Assembly (NCBI RefSeq): GCF_009914755.1 | Contig: NC_060927.1 | Direction: 5' to 3' (one strand) | Source of the DNA: the human T2T-CHM13v2.0 reference genome, Homo sapiens | Length of the DNA: 64,000 nucleotides | In this document: positions 36,803 through 52,215 of the stretch, one piece after another | Layout: the number at the start of each line of letters is the position of its first letter | Numbering within the stretch: the first letter of the stretch is position 1 | Notes under the pieces: model-generated | Told to the model about the DNA's origin: nothing | Seen by the model: the letters and a program-made list of their open reading frames with translations, nothing else | Databases searched by the model: none | Translations under genes and position numbers: made by a program

Positions 36803-38354
36803 TCAGGTTATGTTTAAAGAGAAGTATTTATAGACCTAAGTTTTATTATCTTGGGAACTTCTGAGACTTTTTAATGAAGTGGTTTTTTGCAACATTTTAA
36901 AGTATTTGCCTCTTGTTTTAGAATATTATAAGTGAAAATGACAAATAAAATGATATTTATGATTCAGAGCTTCCAGAGTCTAGTGGTTAATACTAAGCAA
37001 CCCTCTACATCTACATTATCTCTGCAGTTTTCATACCTGGAAAATAATATGAGATTTTCATGCTGTTTTCTTATTATCATGCCTTAAATTCCATATTATT
37101 GTGGTTTGAGCGTTCAGGTTTGATCCTGTAGATTGATATTCAATTATGTTGTTAACTACTGTGATACATTTTCCAAGCCAGTTTACCTCTCCAAATTTTA
37201 ATTTTCTAATTTTTGCATGTGGTTATTAAAAATATGTTTAGTAAGTCTAACTGGGATATATATGCTCTGAGGACTTGTAATGTGTGAGAACTTGCAATGT
37301 GTAAGATGTTCACTGGAACATCTCACATTCCGTGAGAAGGAGGACAGACAGAAGGATAGTGGAAAATAAGTTTTGCTTTCAGTCATTACTAAAAGAGAAA
37401 GTTTCTAAACACTAGTTATGTGGAGACTCTCTCTCATGATTGACCTGAACATGGCCAAGCACAGCAGTTGTGGGCAGTTTGACAAGGACTGGAGCCTGGC
37501 TTTAGACCTGTACCCTGAGGAATCATCTGTCCAACCTCAAGTACTGACATTGTCAGGCCAAAGATATAGTAGTTCCTGGCAGACTAGGCAAATGCTTATG
37601 AGCAGAGGCAGCCAAGGTGGAGTGGTAGGGCATGGGGCATTGTCGTAAGTGGGTAGGTCACTGCCTGGGGCCATGTCTGGTAGACAGTGCCTACCAAGTT
37701 AGCTTCAGGCTCAGGACTTAGGGGGCTTTTTTTTTTTTTTTTTCTGGCCAAAGGAACTGGCAGGAAAAAAGCAGGGCCCCAGCCTGACTTCAGCCATCCT
37801 ATCACAGGACTGAGGTACCATGCGGGTTTCGGAATAGGAAATTGGACCCCAAATTGATGCCTAGTTGAAAAACAAGTTTCAGACGCTTAGGGAGCTTAGA
37901 TACTAGGATGAGCCTACTAATAACAGTGTACCCTACAGTATTAATTTGGAAGGGTTCAGATGCTCAGCAAAAAACTGCCTTATAGAAAAAGTGGACAATA
38001 ATCTTATCTGTATCTATGTTAGACACACATACCAACATCTCTAATAATATAATACCAATCTACAGAGAATTTATTTTCCAAGGATGAGTAGCGTATTCTC
38101 ATCCAATTTGTTCTATGGGAACATCAAACATTTTCAAAAAGTTTTTCTTATATTCTCACTCATACAATAGTAAGTGTTACTGCTAAGTTATAGAATAACT
38201 GCTTAAGGCTGATGAGATTAAATGACTTTGGTTTGATAATAAGTTAGGAACAGGGCTAGGTTTAGACATGCCAGCATTTCCAAAGTCTTTAGATGGCAGT
38301 AGAGTTCATTGGACTGGGTCACTATACCTTACTAACCAGAATTCTACTTTATAG

Positions 38355-38620
38355 ATGGCATTCCTGCGTCCTTTACAAGCGCCAAGTCTGTATTCAGCAG
38401 TAAGGCCCTGGTGAAAATGCAGCTCTTGAAGGATGTTGTGGGAAATGACACATACAGAATAAACAATAAATACGATGAAACGTACCCCCCTCTCCCTGTG
38501 GAAGAAATCATAAAGCGGTCAGAGTTTGTAATTGGACAGGAGGTGGCCTATAACTTACTTGTCAACAACTGTGAACATTTTGTGACATTGCTTCGCTATG
38601 GAGAAGGAGTTTCAGAGCAG
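38355..38620 (+). CDS. PLAAT1: PLAAT1 exon 3 ([30 protein letters not shown]...[19 protein letters not shown]); contains catalytic C119
   Basis: Acceptor tttatag|AT (completes Asp47), donor CAG|gtaagt (phase 0). NCEHFV motif of LRAT/NlpC-P60 family. Confidence 0.97.
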
Positions 38621-39743
38621 GTAAGTTTTCTTTAGGAGATATTCTTACATTGAGAAAAGAATAACTATTGGCTATGATAAGGTTCCCAGGCCTCAAACCA
38701 AATGAAAAGAACCAGAAAATACGAGAATACTGAAGGATAGAGAATGGACTTGAGTTGTCCAAGGTCCTGCAACAAGTTAATAACCAAACTGAGACTAAAA
38801 CATGAATATTATGAATTTTGAGCTATAAGGGACTTGAAGTAGAATCAAGACAATAGCATTCTGTCAATCTTACTGCCTTTTAGTCTTTTTTTCCTGTTAC
38901 TTCACCATACAGCAGTTTCAAATTGGTGATCTCATATACTGAAAAGAATATGCTAGAAAGGATGTTGAGCTTTTTGAATGGGAGTTTATTTACCAGTATC
39001 ACAAATGGTTATTCTTAAATTATTTTTCATTGGTGGACAGAGGCTAACTAATGACATATCTTAGTGGGCTTGTGAATGTTTTCTTTTTCCTTGCAATTGC
39101 TAATTTCAATGAAATTTTGTGCCTTTAAGTAGATCCTTTGATTCACTGAGCTTTTGGATGACTTTTGATAGATTAATTGACTTTATTTTTAAAGTACTTT
39201 ACAATTTTTGTCAGTTACTACCATTGTTTTGTAGTATGACAAATTTCTAGCTAACAGCATGTTCGTCTTTTCCCTACCTGTTGTCCTGTTGTCCCACCAG
39301 TCCAGTAAACTAAAAATGAATATTAAGGTGATAAAAGAGAATGGATATATAAAACTATTATCAAAAGAAAGTCCTCTTCATCCAAAATACATATAAAAGT
39401 GTTCATTTAAAATATTAAAATATGAAAAATAATTTAATAGATTGAACTCCAGGGAGTTGTTACCTATGAAAACTTTTTAAAAGGCAACTAAAAATTTGAA
39501 GGATAATACCATAATATTTTAATAATTCACATTTATTGAAGACTTCCAGTATTTTGAAATGGTGGATCAGTTATACATTTCTATCCTAAGTAAGAAATGA
39601 GGTTATAATTCTTCTCACAAAAGCTTGGAAAAATGTCATCTATAAGAAGGCTAGCAAAGCCTCGTGTTATTTAAACGCTGCACCTCTTGAGCCTAATTTT
39701 TCAAAATCCTACTTATCCTGCCCTATACCCAAGATTCAAATTT

Positions 39744-41050
<1,307 letters not shown>

Positions 41051-42419
41051 GGTTTGGGAAAATGGGAGATAGAACATAATGAAAGGATATATTTATTTTC
41101 ATTAGGAAATAATTGGAAATTCATTCTCATTAGGAAATGTATTAACATAATGAATGTTCTGCTCACATGTAACAATAAATTGCTTTTGAGCTAGAACATA
41201 GAGGGTACACACAAATTCCTGCTCACTTTTGCGTTGAAAATTAGTGGTGTAGATAGGAAATAGGTTCCATTCCTCTTCTTCTTTGTTAATGACAAAGTTG
41301 TTCACTGCACTAACCAAGCAATTTTTATTTGTTTACTTATTTTATTTTTGGAAATGAGGAGATGTTAGTCAAAGGGTAGAAAATTTCAGTTACGCAAGAC
41401 AAGTTCTGAAGATGTGCTGTACAACATAGGGCCTATGATTAATGATACTATGTTGCCTACTTTAAAATTTGCTAAGAGGTTAGATCTTATGTTAAGTATT
41501 CTTAGCACAAACCAACAAAGGGAGTGGGCGGAAGCTTTTGGAGGTGATGGATAAGTTTATGGCATTGATTGTGATGATGGTTTCATGGTGGAGGTGATGG
41601 ATAAGTTTATGGCATTGATTGTAATGATGGTTTCATGGGGGTATGCTTATCTCCAAATACATCAAGTTGAACACATTAAATATCTACAGCTTTTTGCATG
41701 TCAGTCTTCAGTAAAGTGGTTACAAATAAGCAAATTTTTTAAAATGTTAAATAAAAAGAGATTAGAGCCATCTTCTTATTTGACTATAACTTGCAATCTA
41801 TCATCATTTCACCTTTCACATCTAGACCCAAGACCCATGAAAAATTAATTTTTCTTCAACAAATAGTAAGAACCTGTCTCTGGCAGGTTCTGATGAAGAT
41901 GATGCAGTGACAGCCTTAAGAGTCTACCTAAGCTTTCGTGTTCACAGACCTCAGTGAGAATGCCATCATCACCATTATTAGTGGAGTGTCCTTGAACCCA
42001 CTGTTTATCAGTCTTCTAATCAACACAGATCGTTTGAAAGATTATGGAGATATTTGAGGTCTCTCAGCATACTGTATTATGTATTATCCATCCCAATAAA
42101 TAGCATGCCCATAGTGGATATTACTTTTCATAACAGTATCCGGGAATTTTATAGATCGTTGTTAGCATAGTCAATAAAATCTTGATCTAGCAGCAACTGG
42201 ATTATATATTACTATCAATAACTAATAGTATTACTACTAATAATAGCTAATATTAGATTAGTTTTTTGAATCCCTTTAAGCTTAGGGCCCTTGAGCTTAG
42301 AAATGTTTTCTTGGGAATGGCTATGTATTTCCCAAGTTTAAAAACTAGTAATGCATAAAAAAGGTGAGAAGGGTAGGATTATGATTTCATCTTTTTTTCT
42401 TCTTTGTGCTTTTCTGTAT

Positions 42420-43530
42420 TTGAAAAAAATAATAGATTCAATTTTCTAGAGCAGTTTTTAGCTTCATAGCAAAATTAAGCTGAAAGTATAGAACTCTCTC
42501 CTCCTTCCCCACCCAGTATAGCCATCTCCTTCATCAATATGTCACATCATTACCATACCATTGTGAAAATTGATGAACCAACATTAATACATCATTATCA
42601 ACCAAAGTCCATAGTTTACATTAGGGTTCGCTGGTTATGTTACGAATTCTATGGTTTGGACAAATTTAAAATGACACAATCCATTATTATAGTATTATAA
42701 ATAATAATTTTCCTGCCCTAAAACTCCTGTGCTCCACCTATTCATCCTTCCTTCCCTGCAAATCCCTGACAACCATTGATTTTTTTTTTTACCATCTCCA
42801 TAGTTTTCCCATTTGCAGAATATCATGTTGCTGAAATCATGTAGTATGTGGCTTTTTTCAGATTGGCTTCTTTCATGTAATAATATGTATTTAAGGTTTC
42901 TTCATGTACTTTTGTGGCTTGATTCCTCATTTCTTTTTAGCACTGAATGATATTCCATTTCCTTGATTTACCACACCTTATTTATCCATTCACCCACTGA
43001 AGGACGTCTTGGTTGCTTCGAAGTTTTGGCAATTATGAATAAAGCCTCTATAAACCTCCATGTGCAGGTTTTTATGTGGACATAAGTATTCAGCTCCTTT
43101 GGGTAAGTACCAAGGAGCATGATTGCTAGATCATATGGTTAGAATATTCTTAGTTTTGTAAGACACTGCCAAACTATCTTCCTGAATGAATGTATCTTTT
43201 CACATTTTGCACTCTCAGCAATGAGAGTTCTTGTTCCACATCCTTGCCAGCATTTGATGTTATCAGTATTTTGAATTTTAACCATTTTAATAGGCATCTT
43301 GTTTCAGTTTGCAGTTGCCTAGTTACATGTAATTTTGAGCATCTTTTATATGCTTCTTTGCATATCATCTTTGATGATGTATCTCTTGATGACCTTGCCT
43401 ACTTTTTAATTCAGCTGTTCATTTTCCTATTGTTGAATTTCAAGAGTTCTTTATATATTTTAGAAAACACTTTTATCAGATTTGTCTTTTACAGTTGTTT
43501 TCTCTCAGTTTGTGTCTTATCTTTTATGTA
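42420..43530 (-). mobile_element. L1MC-type 3' end
   Basis: Antisense old L1 3' UTR/ORF2 C-terminal text. Boundaries approximate. Confidence 0.7.
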
Positions 43531-45452
43531 TTTTTCAAAATTTCTAAGAACATACTTTACTCTCATAGACCAAATTATGAAAATATCTCTATCTTTGTCA
43601 AAGATGGCCCACACTCTTCAGTAGGCCTGGACAAGGCAACACAGGAACACATCCTGATGGTGCTTCGGTGCATATGACTGCAGCCTTACGAGGCCTTAGG
43701 AAAGAGCGTTTTGATAAACCTGCCACACGTCTGTGTCCCCGCTATACTGCTGTCTAGACACAGCCACTCCAGGTTCAGCTAATGTTTCATTAGGCCAGGT
43801 ACAGATCCCCAGAACGAGGCCTTTATTATGGCCCATGGACAGAAAGCCCTCTAAAGGATAAAGAATGCAGAGTTGGATTTGGTGACCTTATAATCCAAAG
43901 TAAGCCGTGAAGTAAAAGTTCTTGTTCATGTTGGTTCACCAAGAACATCCTGAGATGTTGTAATCTTGCACATCACATCCCATTACTCCTAACTCCAGTG
44001 GGTTGTCCCAATTACATGAGATTCATTATCTAGAATGAGACTTGAAATAAATGAACATTTGGAATTGGGGAAGCTGTCTTAAAGTGGCACTGCTTAAAGT
44101 GGCTTTATGATCATGATATCTGGCCTTTGTCATCTCTAGGGATTTTGGTTTGGGATCAGGTTGCCCATCCCCCAACCAGGCCTCTTAAATTTGTCAGCTT
44201 TCATTAACATCTTGTGTTTCTAGTGGCTGAAAGATACCTAGTCAGTTAGGTCTGCATCTAGCTGGGGCCACACCATCTATAGGATCCTGCCATTTTCCAA
44301 GGGCCGTACCCTGCTACCATTTGACACCTCTGTTTAAAGACACTGATTGCACCTTCATTTTTTTTTTATTGACTACCCCATTTCTCTCTATTAGACCTTC
44401 TTGGGATCTCACTATCTGCTGGAATTGTACTAGGGTTGGGCTTGATCCCTGTCTAATTAGTGACTCTTCCTCTTCTTTGGGATTTTATCTTATATCCTGC
44501 ATCTCCCTGCCTCTTCTCCCCCGCTCCCCCAATATGGCATATGGGTGGCTCTGTGCTACAGTGAATTCTGATTATCTCTTAGGAAATAGTTTAGGTAAGG
44601 ATTAAAATATAAATAAAATAGATAAGAAATCAAATAAAATCAAAATTATAAAGTAAAACAGGATTTTTCAGGGTTAGTGCCAAGTTGTTTGCCCTTACCA
44701 TTCTCCCTGGCATCTGGGGGTTGGAGCAGAGACAGTGGGCCACAATTACAGGCCTAGTCTCTGCCCACCACAGGATGGTGTAGTGGAATGAACACATGCT
44801 GCAAACACATGGAGCCAAGACTTCTGTTGTGTCCCTCTTTCCTGGCCCTGGCCCTTGTGCCTGTTCCTAACAGGGAAGCTGCAGTTAGGGAGGTAGCATT
44901 GTGTTGCAGTAATACGTGGGTGGCAGGTTCCACGGTGGAAGGCTGTGGTTAGACAGAGGGCATGCTCAAATATGACCTGGGTTAGGCTTTCCAGCTCTTA
45001 GACTGGTTCCCCAGAGTCATTTGGGAAAAATATTTTGCTTTATTTGAAAGACCTGATTCTTCAATCCCAGAGAGAACAAATATGTTTTCAGAGTACTTGA
45101 TAATTCTGAAGTGTCCGAATGTGACCTTTGGGTCATCAAATTGCACTCAAACCCATTTGAATGGAAGGCAATATTAGTTGAGTGCCAAGAATACCATGAA
45201 TATTCATTAGTTCTCTCATCATCATGATGATTAATACCCTTAAAGCTATAAATGTCTGAATTCCTTTATGGACAGTTGATCTTGAGAGTGGTTTGTCTAC
45301 ATGAGAAATTAATTTTTGACATGATAGTTAACATCAGTATTGGCTTTTTTTGAAATTTGTTTATCAGAAAAGAAATTGTGTCTACCAAATAAGAGCTTAT
45401 GTGTATTTAGCTCAGATGACATCCCTGAATTATTTGCTATTTGACATCCCTG

Positions 45453-45454
<2 letters not shown>

Positions 45455-45490
<36 letters not shown>
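45455..45490. repeat. (AC)18 microsatellite in PLAAT1 intron 3
   Basis: Read directly from the sequence. Confidence 0.98.
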
Positions 45491-45493
<3 letters not shown>

Positions 45494-45988
45494 TACACGA
45501 TACTTACTTTGGTGTAGACCCAACCAATCCAAAGTGTTTATTTAAGGGGCAGGAGCTGCATAGGAGAAGAACGTGTGTTTCAGAAGACTCAGCCTATCTT
45601 TAAACATCTTCGTGGAATGATCTCAGGCAAACTACTTATGATATCCCAAGTTTTGCAAAACAAGAGTGGTATATTAACCTCTTTCACCAGTGTACTATTA
45701 TGATGAATGGGAACTGTGTTCATAATTAGTTTATAAACTGTCAGAGTGCTTTAAAAATATGAGGAATATATACCCATGTGTACGTATCTACATCTTTGAC
45801 ATAATTATACAAATTATAAATTTATTTCTTCATCTTTATGCAGAATTTTAATTTTGCATTGTACTTTAGATGTATCCATTGTACATTAAAACAGGTGTTC
45901 AGTTTAGGAAACAGGCTAAAGCTTCATTTAGGACACAGATGTCTTTAGAATATGATGTGTTTTTTGTTTACTTCTTGTTTCCTTATAG

Positions 45989-46090
45989 GCCAACCGAGCG
46001 ATAAGTACCGTTGAGTTTGTGACAGCTGCTGTTGGTGTCTTCTCATTCCTGGGCTTGTTTCCAAAAGGACAAAGAGCAAAATACTATTAA
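45989..46090 (+). CDS. PLAAT1: PLAAT1 exon 4 coding part (ANRAISTVEFVTAAVGVFSFLGLFPKGQRAKYY*), C-terminal hydrophobic anchor
   Basis: Polypyrimidine tract and ccttatag|GCC acceptor, phase 0. TAA at 46088-46090. Spliced length 168 aa. Confidence 0.95.
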   Translation, partial: ANRAISTVEFVTAAVGVFSFLGLFPKGQRAKYY

Positions 46091-46213
46091 CAATTTACCA
46101 AAGAGATATTGATATTGAAGGAATTTGGGAGGAGGAAAAGAAACCTGGGGTGAATACTTATTTTCAGTGCATCATTACTGTTCCAGATTCCTATGATGGA
46201 TGGCAGACTCTTT

Positions 46214-46219
46214 AATAAA
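46214..46219 (+). terminator. PLAAT1: PLAAT1 polyadenylation signal AATAAA (possible distal signal at 47098-47103)
   Basis: First AATAAA ~125 nt after the stop codon, followed by a T-rich downstream segment. Confidence 0.75.
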
Positions 46220-47546
46220 TTGCTTACTGATATTATCTTATCATTGAGCCAATGAAATTTTTTTCCCCTGCTAGCATAGATGTACTGTGGCAGCTTGAAC
46301 GGAGAAGCAGTAGTCTTTTGAGTGAGCCAGCAGAAGATCTTAACAAAATCTCATCACATTTTATTTCTACTATAAATATTATTTTCCTTTTCCCCAAGGG
46401 TGGCCATTTTGCCAGAGGCATGAAAGACTATTTATATATGGTTTTGAAAGAAATTTTAAGAACCCCAGATTGTTAAGAGTTGACATCCAAATTCATGTTT
46501 CTTTTCTTGTTGGAAAAGAAACTGGGAAATTTAGCATTTTGGTTAGGCAGTTTGAGGGACTCTAATTTACAAGCCTTTTGGGGAATGCACCCTCATCTTC
46601 TTCCTGCCTGTGTAGATGAGGGTGGATGGGAAGAGGAGAGGCTGTTTGCTCCAGGGTTTCAGTTCCGGTGATTTGTGTGGAATCTACTTGCTTGTCAGGA
46701 GGACATGACAAGTAAGAGTGGGCTGTTATTTCTACAGTGTTACATATTATTCCCTTTGGATTTTGAAGTGTTTCAGGGATTTGACCTTTTAACCTTGAGA
46801 AGCAATCATTAAATGTTTGTTTAAAATGCCATATTTGGAAAACAATATCTCATATTTTTAAGACTTTTTTACAAGCCAAGGAATGTCATAATTTTATTCT
46901 CTCATTTTATTATGTGTTGAATTAAAGACACTGCTTTTTATGCTGCTCCAGTGAAATTCTTGGTTGCAGCAGGTGGAGAAAGGGGGAGTGCAGCTCTCTC
47001 TAACCTAGGATTACATCAGACATTGTAACATGACCCCATAAACTACACCACCAGCCAATGACATCCGTCTTATGCTATCATCAAAAGCTTGGCATTAAAT
47101 AAAGGAAATGTTCAAGTTAATATTAGGGGGTTGATACAGTGAGAAAGCTAGGAATACAGTACATAATGTAACTGAACAGAGGACTCGGTGAAAGTCTTGT
47201 ACCTATTAAACTGATTTAGATTTTACCCCAGGGCCAGAAATACTCAACAAGCTAACTGCAGGGTTAATAATAATGGTAATGGAAGGAGTTGTGTGCTGCA
47301 GTCCAGGCCACAGAGACCCTATATCTCGTCCCTTCTTTTTCAATAATTCCCTCCCTTTCTTATGGCATCAACTCTGTCTCCAGTAACCCTCAAAGACTCT
47401 CTTCTTCCACTGGTCTTCTGTGGGGGTGTGAGTGTCTCCTACCAGGAACTAATGAGAGAAAATTTCTCTTTCATTTTTACTCTAAATTCAAGTCTCTGTT
47501 CCTTTTATGCCTTGTTCCCAAGTAATAGTTAAAAACCACAATAACA

Positions 47547-47829
47547 GGCCAGGTGCGGTGGCTCACACCTGTAATCCCAGCACTTTGGGAGGCCGAGGCA
47601 GGTGGATCATGAGGTCAGGAGATCAAGACCATCCTGGTTAACATGGTGAAACCCCGTCTCTACTAAAAATACAAAAAATTAGCCAGGCGTGGTGGCGGGC
47701 GCCTACAGTCCCAGCTACTCAGGAGGCTGAGGCAGGAGAATGGCGTGAACCCAGGAGCGGAGGTTGCAGTGAGCCGAGATCACTCCACTGCACTCCAGCC
47801 TGGGCGACGACAGAGCGAGACTCCACCTC

Positions 47830-47857
<28 letters not shown>
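47547..47857 (+). mobile_element. AluY/AluSc-like element
   Basis: Sense Alu consensus with an (AAAAC)n tail. Confidence 0.93.
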
Positions 47858-47860
<3 letters not shown>

Positions 47861-49255
47861 AGTTTTCTAGTATTGTCAAGTTAAGATGAGCCTGGCAGTA
47901 GCATAATGTGTTACCTTTCCCAAGGTACCCTTTTCAGTAAAGGATGCCTACACGGGGCAAATCTTAACCCGAAGCAGGGGAATTACTACACCCACCAGTG
48001 GGAGAAGGAGCAAAATTTGAAGTCAAGAACCTCCTAAGAGCCTCAAGTGCAGCCTTTCTGGAGAATTCTGGATGTCTCCACTCCAGAAGACAGTCCTGTC
48101 TGTGCTAGATAATGTCATAAATGCACTTTTAAATTAAATTCATGGATTCATGTTCACATTGGTAGTGTTTGAGGGTGTGGTAGTTTTCACCCTTAGAGGT
48201 TAGCTCACAAAGCCATCAGTTTCCCATAAAACTGGTTACTCTTGATGATGGCCAGCTTAAGACTGTCCAGCTTGTTTTTCCTATAGGTGATTATTTGATA
48301 TCATGCTCATTGTGCTTTTATGAAATGATTTTCCCAAGACTATTAAACCTTTCTCTGAGCATATTTTTAACAGTCAGGAATGGAGTTCAACTTTATCACA
48401 TTCTAAGAATAAAAATTATGAAATAAAGATCGTTATCCACCAGAAACCTTATAGGTTGTAGGAAAACCTGGGGGGAGAAAAAGCCTATAACTTTATTGAA
48501 TCTATTTTTTAAAAAATCTTTTTATGCTATTGAAATATTATACAGTGTATCAATTGAATCTTTTCATTCTAAAAGTCAAATTACTAAATGCAGATGTCAG
48601 CTCAAGGAACCTGAACTACCATTTTTTTAGTTTGATACATAGTTTATAATCATAAACTAAAAATCTCTTCTTTTTAAAACTTTTGTCTTGTTACCAGTAG
48701 CTGCTAAATTATACACATTGTAGAAATTATTACTCTCCAGAGAGCTGTGAATACAAGAAAAGGTTAAAAAGCAAACAAAATGTAAACACAGAGGGATTGT
48801 TTTTATAGGAATTTGCATTTATGCTGGTGGTTTGTGTAACATTTATAATATGATTTACAGTAGCGAATTTCATGTTGAAACATTTATCATTCCTAAAGAT
48901 TTCAGAATTGTAAACTCAAGGCTATCATATATTGAATCCGTACATCATGGTATTAGGTACATAATTGGCACTCATGTAATGAAACTGGTTAACTAATTGC
49001 CTATGGTCTGTTAAATTAGCAAAATCAGATTTATCGTTATAAGGAAAGACCAGTAGGTAATTTAAAATGTTCACTAGAAATAAATTTTCTCTCAAGTTTA
49101 TGGTGAGGGTGATATATAAAAGGTAATAGTGTACAGAATATATTTGTAAAGGATGCACCCTTTCATGTGCTATTTAATATGCATCTAGTAAGATGATTTA
49201 GATAATTAAAAGATGAAATAGAACTTAAGATTGTTTAGTAGCCTGAGAACTGTCA

Positions 49256-49711
<456 letters not shown>

Positions 49712-50194
49712 TTATTTCATTACCTTTGTGATCTACTCTAAACTTTCCTGTTCACTGGCCCCTAAACACTATACACTGAGTGATGCCAAACTTTGGTGGA
49801 ATTTGCTTATATATTAACTGTGCCCATGCCAAGATTATATGGAATTAACAAACATCTCCTTCATTCTACCACTTCCACACAATTCTGGCTTATTATAGTT
49901 AGGGTTGAATTTCCGAAAGGGTTGAATTTCTGAAGTAAATGTTGGTCCTTGTTTCTCTATGAAAAGCATACCAGTGAAACAAAAAGAGGAACTGTGACCT
50001 TGGGAAAAGATATATATGTAAATGTTCTTCACAAAGATTTAAGTAAACTTGTGACAACTAATAGTAAAACTTTCAAAGACCAAATGTTGCCTCAATTTTT
50101 CTTTTTTCCATTGATGTTCATACTACTAATTTGACTACAGTACCATGACAGCTGCTCATTTTAAACAAAATAATGCTATGCAAAATGAATACAG

Positions 50195-50200
50195 TTTATT
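50195..50200 (-). terminator. ATP13A5: ATP13A5 polyadenylation signal (AATAAA on the - strand)
   Basis: TTTATT on + strand, ~230 nt past the stop codon. Confidence 0.7.
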
Positions 50201-50426
50201 GAAAAGGATGATACAGGAAATGCATTTTTTTCTCTCATTGGTAAAGCATACAGTCAGAATAAGCCTATCTAAGGTCCCTTGCTGCAAGGTTTAATTCATT
50301 GAAAATATACTTTGAATGCTTGAATGGAGAGAGGAAAGGTAAGGGGAGAGTATCATCACTTCTCCACAATGTGTTAATTTTGGGGAAAAAAGCAATGCTG
50401 TTGAGCATGTACGACGACAATTCTGA

Positions 50427-50687
50427 TTACAGCCTGGCCCAGAAATGCTGTTCTGTGGGTTGGCCTCCCAATTTGAGTTTTCTTTTTGGAATCTGTTCAT
50501 GGCTTTCATAGCCTCCGTTGATGTAGAATCCATTTTTGCCATCACCTGAATAATCTGTCCTGTTTATGGGAGGCCAGGTTGAGTCTTCTGCTAGCTTCTT
50601 TTGCCAAGTCCTATATTGACTTTTAGAGTAGAATCCAAATTCTCTTTTGATCAACAGCCAGAGTTCATGATTTTGAAGGATGGAATC
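50427..50687 (-). CDS. ATP13A5: ATP13A5 last coding exon (DSILQNHELWLLIKREFGFYSKSQYRTWQKKLAEDSTWPP...HFWARL*)
   Basis: Acceptor ttttcag|GAT, phase 0. P5B-ATPase tail motif SKSQY...L..D..WPP. Stop TAA at 50429-50427. Confidence 0.93.
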   Translation of the reverse strand, partial: DSILQNHELWLLIKREFGFYSKSQYRTWQKKLAEDSTWPPINRTDYSGDGKNGFYINGGYESHEQIPKRKLKLGGQPTEQHFWARL

Positions 50688-52134
50688 CTGAAAAATCAGA
50701 TGGGAAAACAATCAATTTATTGCGCAGGTCCCCCTGCAGCCAGGCCGCTGGCCACCACAGCCACCTCCTTTCCCCAGGCCTTCCTCTGAGGTGTGCTCAT
50801 TGCTGTTGCATCTACCTCTCCTTTCCCAAGTTCTGGAATTCTGCCCTTAAGAAGCTAGAGGGTGCTTGTTTTCACGGAAATCTGCCAGAAGCTTCCAGCA
50901 TTTCCTTTTCACACATTTCCTGGTTAAGTCCTGGCTAGGGATTTTCTTAGAATGATTTTCCCCTCAGACTGAAATGGTAACAGCAATAACGTGCTCAAAA
51001 TGAAGAAAAGAAAAATCACCATTAGCCTTGCTACCTGCCACCTGCCATGTAAAAGGTGTCTAAGCGTTTGTTGAATAAAGTGTTGAGCTCTAGAAATCAA
51101 ATGTTTATTGGTTTTCATTTTTTGAGAGTTTTCTTTTGTTCACATGCCCACACAGTTTTTATCCATTTATAGTAATGAAATTGGTCAAATTTTGCATCCC
51201 AGTTTTATTTATGCTAAACTTTCTGTGGTAAACAATTTTTATGTAGCTTTAGCCTTTAAAAATTTTTATTTTATTATGGGAAGAACGTAGGTACAATATG
51301 ATTAATAATGATTTTTAGTGACTAGCATTTCCTCAAATCGCTGTATAGCTATTTAAACAAACAGCATCTCAACAACACTTAAGTTGAATGTAATATTTTG
51401 CCACTGTAGATAATATTATGATAAGTGCCTTCATACATGTAGTATTTTTCTCTTCTTTTGGGTTATTAAAACATAGTCTCAAAAATGGAATCCCCTTTAA
51501 ACATATATAATGAGGTGTATATATATTTTAAAATTTGGTTGATCCCTTTTCCAAAAAGTCTTAAAGCACATGAGTTAAAATAAAACTCTCCTTTTACAAA
51601 AAAGAACTCTCCTTTTACAAAGATAATACTTGAGCCTCTTACTAAGTGGGTAAAGTCATTTAGTGACACTGAGTAGAAAAGAAACACCGTAAGAGGAAGA
51701 CCTTCAAGAAAAGGAATTGACTAGAATAAGCAACGGCTTCTCCTCTTTCTTATGGAAACCCTGCGGAAGGCAGTTCTTCACTCTAAAAAGTCTCTTTGGG
51801 TTTTAGGGTTGGAAGGTCACCTGGTCTAGTCTTTACTAGATTGTTGAAAATATTAGAAAAGTGCAATACAGTGCATTCATGGAAGCAAAATTAGAGTTCA
51901 TACATGTTTTGCTTTCTATGCATAAGATATCAAGAACATTTCTATGCAGACTTCAAATAATTTTAAATCATTCCCCCCAAAATTTTCCTCCAAAAGAATA
52001 TGTACCATTTTAATAAACCCTTAATAACTGTCATTTTGGGGGATCAAAGTGGTTGCTCTAGAAAATAAGCACCTGCTGAAAATGAGATCCTTAATTTGTT
52101 TATCTTCCTAGAAAAAATATAGAGATTACTTTAC

Positions 52135-52215
52135 CTCTACAAAGAAAGCCACACAGAATTGGGTGAGGGCTACCACCAAAATTAAAACCCTCCACGATGT
52201 TATGGTTGGGATCAA
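52135..52215 (-). CDS. ATP13A5: ATP13A5 penultimate coding exon (LIPTITSWRVLILVVALTQFCVAFFVE), last TM helix
   Basis: tttttcaacag|TTG acceptor and GAG|gtaaag donor. 81 nt, phase 0-0, hydrophobic. Confidence 0.92.

Noticed and set aside
50427-50438. ATP13A5 C-terminal -ARL fits the PTS1 peroxisomal consensus, next to a PLAAT-family gene linked to peroxisome loss
   Set aside because: PTS1 imports soluble matrix proteins, not polytopic membrane ATPases. Most likely coincidence.
49901-51621. Short tandem duplications (17 bp at ~49901-49934; ~21 bp at ~51584-51621)
   Set aside because: Ordinary slippage-type microduplications with no functional context.
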